A stretch of 64,000 nucleotides of DNA, taken from positions 48,338,788 through 48,402,787 of the forward strand of contig CM120640.1 of the NCBI GenBank assembly GCA_051362555.1. Direction: 5' to 3'. Both the position numbers and the translations under genes were made by a program. Under the pieces are notes generated by a model that worked only from the letters and a program-made list of their open reading frames with translations, ran no database searches and was not told the origin of the DNA. Of the stretch, positions 13,036 through 24,828 are shown one piece after another; position 1 is the first letter of the stretch, and each line of letters starts with the position of its first letter. The DNA comes from Lingula anatina. Taxonomy: Eukaryota; Animalia; Brachiopoda.

Positions 13036-13167
13036 AGGTTGTTGGGCTTGATGGAGAAGTTATGATCATCCACAACATTTCCAGATATTGTGATGATGTC
13101 TACGAGTGTCAGGCTTACAATGGAGTGGCATCATCAGTCTCAAGACTGATGAGGGTGGTGGTGGAAT
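13036..13167 (+). CDS. Gene 1 exon 4: second half of Ig2
   Basis: tttcag acceptor. Encodes VVGLDGEVMIIHNISRYCDDVYECQAYNGVASSVSRLMRVVVE. GTAAGT donor. 132 nt, phase 1-1. Not in the ORF track. Confidence 0.92.
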
Positions 13168-13674
13168 GTAAGTATATTTGGTTTTTTATATTTGGCTGGG
13201 GAAAATGTTCATATTGATGAAGGCTATAGATCCATATAATTCATGATATTTTTAGTGATAAAATATTTATCATGCAAATTAGATCAAGATCACTATATTG
13301 TAACCAACATAGCCTTCTGTCCAATGGAAGCAAGTGTACAGTTACTAGCTAGTACTCATGTTCAATAATTGTTTTAGCTTATTTAAACATTAATTATATT
13401 AATACTGTCGAAACAGACCAGTATTTTTTAATGTTCCACACACCCATTGCAAACAAGTTCAAATGTTGGTACAGTAGCCTATGTGTGTGTGCATGATAGG
13501 TCTCATGAAATCATGATTGTTTATTCATATTTGAAAAGGTCTATAAAATGTGAACAATTTGCATTGTACACATGCAAGTCAAAGATAATATGAACGTTTC
13601 CATTGCAAGTCAACAGTGCGATGCTATCAACAAAGAAAGGCTTTGATTATACCAATCTTCCAAATTTATTTCAG

Positions 13675-13962
13675 TTCCCCCAGAGGTACGTCTGCCAAAC
13701 CCAAGAATTGGTCAGTCTGTAGGCAAAGACACCATTCTTGAGTGTATCATAACTGCAGAACCAATTGTAACAATCTACTGGATGTACAGAAATACTGAAA
13801 TCCAAAGGTCCACTAGGTATGATGTGGAGGCATATGATGAGGGACCCAAGACAGTGATCCTCACCGTGAGGATATTTGATCTCACCAAAGAAGATTTTGG
13901 AGAATATACTTGTGTGGCCAAAAATAAGCTTGGAATGGTGAAAAAATCTATGACAGTGTTTG
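13675..13962 (+). CDS. Gene 1 exon 5: Ig3
   Basis: Encodes FPPEVRLPNPRIGQSVGKDTILEC...W...EDFGEYTCVAKNKLG, a Lachesin/DIP-type third Ig. 288 nt, phase 1-1, GTAAGT donor. Confidence 0.94.
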
Positions 13963-14079
13963 GTAAGTAGTGCAAACCCATTATATTTACATGACACGGA
14001 TTTTGATTTATTTGTATTTTAAGGAGGTATCCTTCAAACAAATACATAAATCAAGAGAAACGTGTTAATGAAATATAAT

Positions 14080-14374
14080 CAGGTTCACCCAACTACCAAA
14101 CTCTACAAACAAATGATCACAAAACCGGTAGATCAGACCACATTACCCATTTTCAAGGTGTGTGTCAGTATGCATTTCACAGTATATCATACCCCATACT
14201 ACTTTCCAGCCCCGCTGAGAATCATCACTTCGCGTACTAGGCAAGAGCAGTGTCACGTCTGATACTCTGAAGCGTGTACTGACGCACAACTTGAAAATGG
14301 GTAGTGTGGTCCAATCTACCAGTGAATTCAGGATCATTGGGTGCCAAGTCTGGTAGTTGGGATTCGAAGGGCTG
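14080..14374. mobile_element. Fold-back MITE family B, older short copy
   Basis: Degenerate cagg..cccaactaccaa / tctggtagttggg..ctg ends. TSD ATAAT. Confidence 0.85.
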
Positions 14375-14701
14375 ATAATAACCTTGCTGTTCTTAGTAGC
14401 TTTAAGCAGCATCCTAATTTCATTTTCTGTTTTAGTTTGTGTACTCACAGAAGCATCTACCCAATAAGTCTGAAATATTGAATGTTACCAAAAATCACAT
14501 ATACAGCAAGCCAATAAAACATTTTTTTAGGTATTTTGACCATAAGTTTTGCACCTTCCCTCTTTGATGACATCCATGACCAAGAGTACAAACATACATT
14601 TTTTTATTTTATTCTATTCTATTTCTCTGTGTGACATCATATAGACAACCTAGAGGGGATTGATAAATTTACATGAAATATATTTATTATTCAACTTTCA
14701 G

Positions 14702-14887
14702 AATATATAGATACAAAAGAAGTGGATTCAACAACGGCAACACCACATTATACCATTAAAGGAAAAGAGCCAGAAAATACTGCCACAGAGGTAGAGGTCA
14801 TGAAACCATCCAATGATGATCCAGAGGCAACATCATTCACCAGAACATCAACTAATGGGTATTCAAATCCAAAGAATGATAGACCAG
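14702..14887 (+). CDS. Gene 1 exon 6: Ser/Thr/Pro-rich stalk
   Basis: tttcag acceptor. Encodes EYIDTKEVDSTTATPH...SNPKNDRP. CAG|GTATGG donor. 186 nt, phase 1-1. Confidence 0.85.
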
Positions 14888-16715
14888 GTATGGTGCATTC
14901 CAGAAATACTTTTTTTTATGTCTCCTCCATCCCAGATTACCTCAAACCTTCATAATCATATTCATACCAAGAAAAGAGGCAACACAGAAAATTAGTTGTT
15001 TCAGATTTGGCCAAACAAGGCCACTTTTATTGTATAATCCCACTGATCAATTGCCTAATTATTTGACCATGCAATGAATTGTTGCCTGGGTTAATTGATA
15101 TAAATATTTAGGAGTAAATATTAATTGATAGATTAAAAATATACCTTAAATAGTCAATACGACTCAATATCCTAAAAATAATGCTGTAATGAGTCAGTAA
15201 AAGTTATTATTTACCTACAATTATGCACCATTTTCACTTGTGGGGTTGCGAAGAGGCCATAACTTCTTGCTTAATCGTACCAAAATTATAAAGAAGTGTG
15301 CAGTTTTAAAAGTATTTTGAGCAGAATAAGAGTCAACTTTATTTTAGTCATTAAAAAACTAGCTGAAGTGGTTACGTAGTAGAATGAGGTCAAGCAGTGA
15401 CACTCCACATCATTATAATTAAATAATTAGTAAGAGCATGAATACAACATGTAGCTCAATTGAGACTATTTCTCTAAGGGGAGTTGAACAGAAAACTTTA
15501 CCTGTAATAAAAATGTTTAAAGTTGTAAATATGGGTGAAAATTTGGTGTCATGAAAGATTAGTAAAATGTTTCTAATGATATTCAAATATCAGCAATTCA
15601 AACAACAAAAGTAAAGTGATTAAGAAATTATATTTTCAGATTTTATTACAATTATTGTAGCCCCATATGTACCTTTTCTTTATTCAGCAATTAATAAACT
15701 GAGTTTATTACAATGGAAATGAAAAATATATTTCCCACAAAATGAATTTCTAAAAAAATACCTGGTACATTTATAAATATAACAGCTGGTTTCAACCATA
15801 ACAGACTTGCAGATTGAGATAAGATTAAGACCTAAGAGATGAAAAAAATTAAAACAAGCATGAAAATTAGCTTTGTTAGAAAATGATATAATTCCATTTG
15901 CTTGAGTTAAATACATTAGCTTAAATGCGCTGTGGAATTAGTAATAGTAAGACTAAGGAGAGAAGCAATGACACATTAATCATTTAGTTCTTATAAATCA
16001 TTACAAAATATTACAAATAAGTTAGAGCCCTTAGCATAAAAATATTTGATGAGCCTGTGTGCATTATCATTAAGTGTTGATAATCACCTGAAAACAAAAG
16101 GAATGAATAGACAAAATATATAGAATATGCTCAGGTGCAAAAAGTAGGCAACCCTGCTGTAAAAAATAATTAATTACAGTTAGGATGCAAAAAGCCTCGC
16201 TATTTTGTAATCATGACATGTATTAAGTTACAAGCACTTCAACATCAGGTAGCTAATTTCTTTCAGAGAAACAAAAAAATAATCACACAACTATACATGT
16301 ACACACTGTAGCCACAATATAAGTAGCCTCTAGACATTTTGTAACCATGATATATGTGCATTTTCCTTACAAGTATTTCACTTTTGGTTTAGTAATTTTT
16401 TATCCTCTGACCCAAAGCTGTGATCACAGATTACAGTACATCCACTTGAAAGTAATCCAGGCTTCACAATACAGTCCCTGGAGTTCTACAAATTGTTATT
16501 TAATGGAATTTAATGAAAGCAGGGACAGTAAAGCCAGCACAGATAATACAAAGCCATCAATCATGGCCAGTGCACTTGTGAGGTGCAAGCTGCCTTTTAA
16601 AAATCTATAAAAAAAACACCATGAAACTGGTTCAGACTTTTCTCTTTCACTCTTTTGTTATTCCACTGAAAAATGGTAGCATCAACAAAGATAGATATCA
16701 TGTCTAAATATGATG

Positions 16716-16718
<3 letters not shown>

Positions 16719-16759
<41 letters not shown>
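16719..16759. repeat. (GA)n microsatellite
   Basis: Read directly from the sequence. Confidence 0.95.
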
Positions 16760-16761
<2 letters not shown>

Positions 16762-17001
16762 AAAAACATATTATTTATCAGTTGTAATTTTGCACTATTT
16801 ACAAGATAATCATATTGCATTACAAAAAGAACTATATATTAATTTCAGTAAATAGCAGTATTCAAAAATTCCCTTTTATGCTCAGTGTCAATCAAGTTAC
16901 GTCTTTCCTAAAAGGGATGGTTTGGAGGGGGAGGAGAGGGTTTCTACAAGACTGATGTCTATCAACAGCACACATTTTCTGTATATTAACATTCACTTTA
17001 G

Positions 17002-17111
17002 GTGTGATCGGCAGTGTCAGTGACAAGGGACAGAAAGGTCAAGCTTCCACAGTCTCCACCACTATTCCTCTGCTGTGCTTGACAACAATGCTGACAGCAC
17101 TGTTGCAATGA
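17002..17111 (+). CDS. Gene 1 terminal exon: GPI-anchor-signal-like tail
   Basis: ctttag acceptor. The phase-1 frame gives GVIGSVSDKGQKGQASTVSTTIPLLCLTTMLTALLQ-stop (small residues, then a hydrophobic C-terminus). Total spliced CDS is 1251 nt, 416 aa. Confidence 0.82.
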
Positions 17112-18684
17112 CATGAGCATTAAAACCAGGCATTCTGGATGCAACTTTTTTTAACAGATGCAGTGAAATAAGCAAAGATGAAGGATGTTGAATCACTTGA
17201 TAGAAAATGTGTACATTGACATGGGCAGTTGCTTAAGAAGAGATTTGCTGTAAAGTTATACATACATGAATTATAGATTAATGAAAGAAAATGTAACAGT
17301 CTAACAGAGAAATCCTTTTGTAATGGATAGTCAGCTGAAAGCTAATTTTGTTAATCAAGAATAGTCATTTTCTTGACAAGTAAAACTTACGTACATTTAT
17401 TTTATTTATATACAAATATGTTAACCATTTGACAAAATGCTCAGTTACAAACTGGCATATATAACATTACTTTTTATCTTTAGAGTCCCAATTGTGGTCA
17501 ATACGTTACAAACATATGTATCATCTACATTAGCAAAGTTTCATATAAAACTGATTTAGCATTAAAAGTATTATTCATTTATATTACTGAATATTTCCTT
17601 TTAGAACCTGGGATAGACCAGGGTGATAATTTGATTAACGTGGCTATTGAACATGTTCATTATTGTATACAAAAACATAACAATGAAATGTGTAATAATT
17701 ATTGCAAATTTTATTATCATTTTTGTTTACCTTCTTTTTACTGGTGCACCCACATTCTACTTGGCCACCTCTCCTGCATTATGTGCAAGCTCTCAATGTG
17801 ATCTTGCAAGCCGAATCTTCTCATTGTTGCTTCTGCAAGTAAATGTTAATATTTATTAATTCCCCCAAATGATTTAAATTGAAACAGGCATGATGCTTTG
17901 CACTGTTACATGTAACATATCAAGATTTTTTTAAGATCATGAAACATAAGCAGATCTGGTACCTACAAGGGTACAATTAAAGTTTTCTAACATATAATTC
18001 ATCTTTGGTATGCGGTAAACTGCATTTCAACATTTTTTGATTTTATTCAATGACAATCAAATGTTATATTGAAAATTTTGACAACAAAAAGGTATTTTAT
18101 TCAGTCTGCATTGCACTTTTTGTGATATAAAAATATGTATTTATTGTATAACCAATGACATATGTCTATCGTAGTATATGTGGATAAATAAGTTTTTATC
18201 AATGATACATTAATGCCTTAACTAATACGTAAATACTGGTCACAAGAAAATCTGTATTTTATTAAATGTCTACATTATTATTACTATTCTAGGTCGACTT
18301 TAGCAGATTAAAAAAGAGCTTCCATATGATATTCTTTACAAGAAGTTCATAATTTTGTGATTAGGCCACATTCAAAATTTGTAAATATTTATGTTTTACA
18401 TATGTGGATTGGCTTTAATGAAAAATCAAAGTAAAATATTGTGATATCATTTCAGAACAATTAAGCAAGTATTACTTTTTAAGATTATGATATAGATGCA
18501 AGATTTAGTTATTATATAATATCGGAGAAAAAATCTTTCTTATTGCTTTCTGTAAAACTTTTGTTTAATGTTGAGCAGTCACTATGCCCTAGTGCTTCTT
18601 TGTAATAACCTATAAAATAATGTTTTAATTTGTGTAAAGTAGTAATGTATATGGTATCTGTACAAGTAGTGTTGTGGCTTTCTG

Positions 18685-18688
18685 TATA

Positions 18689-18749
<61 letters not shown>
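18685..18749. repeat. (TA)n microsatellite
   Basis: Read directly from the sequence. Confidence 0.95.
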
Positions 18750-18752
<3 letters not shown>

Positions 18753-18797
18753 TTGTTTTGGTGGAGTCTGATCACAAACTGGTATTGAAATTCTATA

Positions 18798-18914
18798 CAG
18801 GGTTGCCAACTCTACAAATTTAGCATTGGTTCCTGTTGCTTTCAGGTGTTCTGTTGTTAACTACACATTTAACAATAAATGTACATGTTTTAGTACTAAA
18901 TTTTGGCAACCCTG
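18798..18914. mobile_element. 117-bp mini-MITE
   Basis: TIR cagggttgccaa / ttggcaaccctg, flanked by TATA on both sides. Confidence 0.7.
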
Positions 18915-18986
18915 TATACCCTACTCCTTTCCACCATTGTGTTCTGCTTCCTGAGTTTTTTCTTGTAATTTGCCAAAAGAAATAAA
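18874..18986 (+). promoter_or_regulatory. Possible polyadenylation signals closing a long AU-rich 3' UTR of gene 1
   Basis: AATAAA at 18874 and 18981. The motif is common in AT-rich DNA, so support is weak. Confidence 0.25.
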
Positions 18987-20757
18987 ACCGTATTTAAAAA
19001 TGGGATCTTAAATTATATTAATGCCCATATCAAATGCCAAAACTTACATGGTGAAGTATCTAATATTTTACTAAGGGATGAAACCGAACTCAAGACAGAG
19101 AAAAATTTTTTTACATTGCTATAACCTCACCAACTCCTCAACCCCTCAATTTTCAAGAGTTACATGTACAATACAAACTATTCTTTTTTCACCAAAATAC
19201 TGTATTTCTATGCTTTATGGACATCATTACCAAATTTAAATCAGCTGTCCTTGTTTATATGCTGATAGATAAGTATGTGGAGAAACATTATTAATGGTTG
19301 TCCAACTCTAGAATTTCTTCTCATTCTTCCTTTTTGTATATCAGTTAGTTGGGTATAGGCATGACTATTAAAATCTGATCATATGTAATAACTGTAGGAA
19401 AATAGATTTATATTCTCTTACTGATATGGAGGTATTTGACATACAGGCAGATTAGAATACAAGAATGGGTAAGGATTTTGCAAAATTGTGCAATTTAATG
19501 CATAATGAATATGATAAAAATCATTTTCAGAGTCCAGAGTACAATCTTTTCATTGGGAAAAATTATCAATCTTTGAGATGTATAATTTTGGAATCACAAA
19601 AAAATATATTTCTGTGTACCATTTATGGCGCTTTTACTGTATACAATAGAACTATAAGGTAGCCTGCCTTTCAATTATTATTATTATTTTTTTTTTTTTT
19701 GCAACCAATCACGATGTCCTAATTAAAAAAAATTATTACCAAAAAATGTGTTTACGCAATATTTGCAAAAGTCAATTTTCCCCATTGAAAAGATAAAGCC
19801 ATTGCCCTAATTTTCTTACCATTTTTGGGAGAGGGGGACTGGTCTGAATATGACTTTTATATTGTAATTTTTCAAACTTGAACAGATACAATGCTTTTAG
19901 AAATTCAGTATGATTCAAGGTCACAGTAACACCAATGACTTGTAAATAAATTTGATTTTCAATAAAGCAGTCCCAAAAACAAATTGTATTTCTTGGTTTG
20001 GTATTTGGACAATGAATAAATCTATTAACCAGCACAGGGAGACAAGGTAGCAAAACTGTCATATGGACAGACATAAAGATGACAAAACTGACAGAAGCAG
20101 TAATATTAAATCAGCATAAAATAATAAACAACCAATGTAAATAAGGAAGTTTTTTTGTCAATTTTCATGAATATTTCATAATGCTTAACAGCGTAATCCT
20201 TATAAACTTTCAATAACACATGGATATCATGGATATTCAGAAAATGTGACTAACCAAGGCCTTCAGACCTATGGAAGTTCAAATTTACACCTTAAAAATG
20301 ATGTGATAAATGAACATTTTGCAGAAAAATGCATAACTTCAAATAATAATGATAATAACAATAAATGAATCAAATCATGGTGATTTTCAAACTCTTACTG
20401 TATTTAATTAATATTTATCAGTTCTGTAATTTTGAAGACAATGTTACTGTGAACTTCCAGAAACTGTAAATAACACAAGGCTTCAGATAGTACAGATTCA
20501 AATTACACTTCGAAAAAACAATAAGTGAAATTGAAAAATTCACACACAAAAAAACCCTGCATAATTTCAAGAAAAACAATCCAGTCAGGGTTATTTTCAA
20601 ACTTAATCTACATTTTAGTCTCAGGAATCAGTCTCGTAAGTTATTTCCAAGTCCCAATCAAAATTAACACATTGAGTGTGGTGGTTCCATTCTCTCAAAC
20701 TAAAGCCTTAACAAAAGACTGTACAGAAGGCTGTGATAGGGTCAAAATCACAATGAG

Positions 20758-20855
20758 AGGTCACCTACCACAATGACAGAGGTGGGCTAAGATCTAAATA
20801 TACCACAATCATCTCAACAACAGCAATGCATTTCATGGTGATTGATAGAGTTTGA
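20758..20855 (+). pseudogene. Orphan or relic copy of the terminal hydrophobic exon
   Basis: Aligns with 31156-31235 and 24836-24884. Reads VTYHNDRGGLRSKYTTIISTTAMHFMVIDRV-stop. Poor acceptor. Confidence 0.4.
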
Positions 20856-21979
20856 GATAAACAGATAACTACTTCTAAGCATTGATTTCCATCTGCTACC
20901 ATTGTTGACATACACTACTTTAAAATCTTTAAGAGTACAGACATATTCTCATAGCTATTTGAAAGCAAGGCAATGTGTGACAATGGGGGACTTATTAGGG
21001 CTATCTTGGATGATTCCTATAAAATGTTGACTCGGTCAGATGTCGAGGTATAACATGTAGACCTGTGGGAAATGGTCCACTGGAGTTTGTGTTTTTTGAT
21101 GATTTGTGGATTGATGACTCCAAAGGCAACAGAAAAGATTATGTATTCATGGTTCTTAACATTTTTGCTCACTAATTTATGTAAACCCTTCCACCCTCCT
21201 CCCTCCCTTGAAGGAGTTGACCTATACCTCTTAGTGGTAAATCAATATCCTTTCCTGTCACTTTAATATGAACATCAATGTATTTATCATCAAAAATGCA
21301 ACATGTCCTAAAATGTATATTAAATAATGACAATAATGAGAGAATCTTGATTCACTGACCTTTATTCTCCCTCAAATCAATTATTCAACCATATGATAGA
21401 CTAAGGTTCGTTTTTCATCCTTAAAAGATTCATGTGAAATGGCACGTAATTTTTAAATCACTTTGTCAATTTTTGGGAGCAACTGCTCATAGGGCTGATG
21501 ATCATCATGGCAGTTTGAATACCAACACATTTGAAAAGGGCACCTTGGGTGAGGAATGAAAACTACCAATAATAATAATAATAATAAACAATTTCCTCCC
21601 CATCATTTTTCTATCGAATATCATAAAAATAATAAAGTCAATTTCCTGAAATGCACATGAGAATTGGTAAATAATGAGAGAAAGCTACTGACTTTAATGT
21701 TTGAAAACATATTTGAACATTCAAATTGGTATTATACATCAGGTCTGTTCAATGAAAAAGTCACACAATATGGCACGTGTCATTGTGATCCATTGTTTGT
21801 GTCTGATACTTAGTGGAGAAATGGGATCCTTGCATGGAGGTATATATGTAGGATATTTTAATTTTTATATATGTAGGATTATTTGTATTTTATCATCAAT
21901 GCATCAAGCAAAAGAAAGAAACCAAAACAAGTCACCAAGAAAAAAAGATACCTTGTCACACCAATAGCAGACCTAGAAG
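20806..21979 (+). repeat. Local segmental duplication, copy 1 (upstream region of gene 2)
   Basis: Collinear, recognisably similar blocks with 24836-26178. Shared examples: gcaatgtgtgacaa, gacctttattctccc, gggtgaggaatgaaaactac, gtggagaaatgggatcctt. Confidence 0.9.
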
Positions 21980-22147
21980 ATGGATTTCAATGCAGAAGTT
22001 TGTATGAAGATATGCATATATCTACATGTAATTCTCTTTTTAGTGTATGGAAGACCTAATGTGTCACCGCCACAGGTCAATGTCACGGTGACAGAAAACA
22101 AAGATGCCATTCTCCCATGCTCTGTGAATCACCTTGGAGAGCTCATT
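21980..22147 (+). CDS. Gene 2 exon 1: signal peptide + Ig strands A-B (paralog of gene 1 exon 1)
   Basis: aagATGG start. Encodes MDFNAEVCMKICIYLHVILFLVYGRP...KDAILPCSVNHLGELI. GTAAGT donor, phase 0. Confidence 0.82.
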
Positions 22148-22428
22148 GTAAGTATTTTACAAAATAATAATTAGCAGTGTTTTCATTTGAAAGCATTTGT
22201 TATGGCAATGCACAAAATAGCTTTTTGTCAAAAATGAAAATTATCATATATAAGCAAAAAAATCTTTAATTTAGTGTTACATGATTCTCAGCATATAAAC
22301 CACCAATTTTCTACTATATCTGTATTGCATATAGAATAAAATATGCCAAAAACAAATAGCATAACTGAAAAAAATGGTTTCAAACTGATTTTTGAATTCC
22401 CTGTATTTTAGTGACATCGATCACTTTA

Positions 22429-22431
<3 letters not shown>

Positions 22432-22519
<88 letters not shown>
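22432..22519. repeat. (GT)n microsatellite in gene 2 intron 1
   Basis: Read directly from the sequence. Confidence 0.95.
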
Positions 22520-22520
<1 letters not shown>

Positions 22521-22694
22521 AATGATATATAGTGCATAACTTGTTAAAAAAATTGTACACCCTACTTTCAAGCTGGTAACTAAAATCAATCTGTGACATG
22601 CATGTTCATTATGAAAAATTTTTAGTTCACTTTATGGTGCACAAAAGTTGTCAATAAGCTATATTCATTGATATTAATGTCTATATTTTTTCAG

Positions 22695-22914
22695 GTATGG
22701 AAAAAGGAAGGCTTATTACAGCCACTCACTGTGGGCAATTTTGTGTTCACTGATGATGAGCGTTTGTCCACAGCCTGTGAACTCAAGGGCCAGGACACCA
22801 AATGTTCCCTCAAGATTAACAGGGTATCTGTGGATGATGCTGGCATCTACTTCTGTGAAGTTTCAACAAATATTGATGTTCATCTGAAACATCAAATACG
22901 TCTTAATGTAGAAG
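22695..22914 (+). CDS. Gene 2 exon 2: Ig domain strands C-G, Dpr/ZIG-8-like
   Basis: ttttttcag acceptor. Encodes VWKK...LTVGNFVFTDDERL...LKINRVSVDDAGIYFCEVST. AAG|GTATGA donor. 220 nt, phase 0 to 1. Confidence 0.88.
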
Positions 22915-23763
22915 GTATGAAGGTTGCTGCAAACTGAAAAAGAAATTATTTACGCTGAGGAAACCCCTTGTAAACTTAGCATTAAAGGGATAATAACTCT
23001 TCTTATGAGATCTATATTTCACAATAAAAACATTGTGGATAACTCATAGAAATATAATATATTCTGTTTTACCACAAAAACAGCAGTTATAGCTATTATT
23101 CTGATATCTGAATTTGTCTTTAGACCACGTGACCTCCACTGATGGCTATACTCTGTTAAAATCTCTTAAGAGATTTTAACAAAAAACCAAACTTTTTAGA
23201 AAAAACCAGGGACTAACTTTGAATGTAAAAATGGATTCATTAACCATTGGTAAGTATGGGAAAATTGTTGTTTACTCCAGGAAAATTCATTTTTTGGCCG
23301 AAACAAAGAGTTATTTTCCCTTTAAGTTTTCACCACATCAAGATTTCCAAACACATCAATCCATTAGTAGTAAATATTCTTCTTAAGAGAATCCATAATT
23401 TCCCCAAATTCCATCAATGACAGATATACTGTAACCTCTGCAGGCATTTGCATTAAACATCAAGTAGAACCTCCAGTTAGACTGGTTTTCCTATTGTCAG
23501 TTTTCACAAATTCTTTATTTATTGTCGTGTTGTTGTTATGAAAGTAAAACTGATCACATTTTGACATGGTCTCACAGCAAGCGTGTCATGTACTGGTTAT
23601 TTACCATCATACCTTACAAATTTGGACAAACTTAATTACCACACAAAAGTATTGCACATTAAGCAAGCTTGATATAAAACTAACATGTGTACTGTGTGTC
23701 ACACTCACAATTTTCATTAAAATATATTTAAATATATTACTAGTGCACTTAATTTTATTTCAG

Positions 23764-23771
23764 TTCCATAA
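23764..23771 (+). CDS. Gene 2 candidate terminal exon A (Val-Pro-stop; secreted 131-aa single-Ig form)
   Basis: ttttatttcag|TT CCA TAA. It starts like the VP.. exon 3 of genes 1 and 3, then stops. Confidence 0.4.
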
Positions 23772-24828
23772 GAAATGGTGCCCAGCAGCAGGAGCTCCAC
23801 TGAAAACAAATGATTTATTGTATCATATCACAGTGAAACACTGATGTCTACATACATGACACTGACGTGGTAACTTTTGAGTCGCACTATATATACATAA
23901 GGCATCTTATTTCTGGAAAGTTGTAAAGTATTTTGAACAAGAATGTTAAATTAAACTGAATTGACTTTCAGCTATTTACTTTGTTCTTCCCTGAATCACA
24001 TACAAAAGCCATCTTTGAAATTCTAGAAAACCAGATTCTCCTCATATATCAGTGTACTTCTAAATGTAAATCATCTATAGTGAGTTACACGCCAAAAAGT
24101 GCAAACTCGCTATAGCTAATTTAATGACTGGGTCATTATGTCATCAATGGAAATTTCCACTATGTATGCTAGGTCCCTGGGCTGAATTTGAATGGAGAAA
24201 GGGAGAAACGAAACTATATACATGCTACACGCTGTGGTTTTGCTGTCATGCATGTCTGAAGGAATTGAAACAGGATTGAGTCATAACATATGCGATTACA
24301 TGCTCAGATGACAGCTAGGATTTCCTTACACAGTATAATGAAAAGCAGAGGGTATTTCAGGTATTTAAATCCTGAAATTGAATGATTTGTATAGTTCACC
24401 TGTATGGGAGATCATACTCTGTATGGAAATTAAAAACGGAAACAATGCTAATATTACAATGCACAATAACCTGTTTTCTTCATCCATCAAAATTTGTGAT
24501 GAAGAAAAATTTTTGTATTTATCTAGAATGATCCCTGAGATGAACAAAAAACGTGACAATACTATTCTGGGACTTTCTTTTCCATACTGTACAGCTGCAA
24601 AACAGACGGGATGTCTATGTCCCAGATTTAAGCGCTATTTTAGTGTCATTTTCGGCTAAGAATTAAAAAGTTTAAAATACACAACAATGTTTGGAAACAC
24701 AAAATTGTTTGTTATAATAAGACAAATTCATCCTCTTTAACATAAAAGCACTCCCATTGTAATCCAACACATAGGAATATTTTGACAGACTTTCAAAGAT
24801 GATAAACGATTGTTGTTACCCACTATAG

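Noticed and set aside
13671-14047. Minus-strand ORFs over exon 5 (similarly 29046-29237 and 30397-30594)
   Set aside because: Antisense shadows of real + strand Ig exons.
16347-16610. ORF in gene 1 intron 6 as an extra stalk exon
   Set aside because: No acceptor/donor pair with matching phase 1 boundaries.
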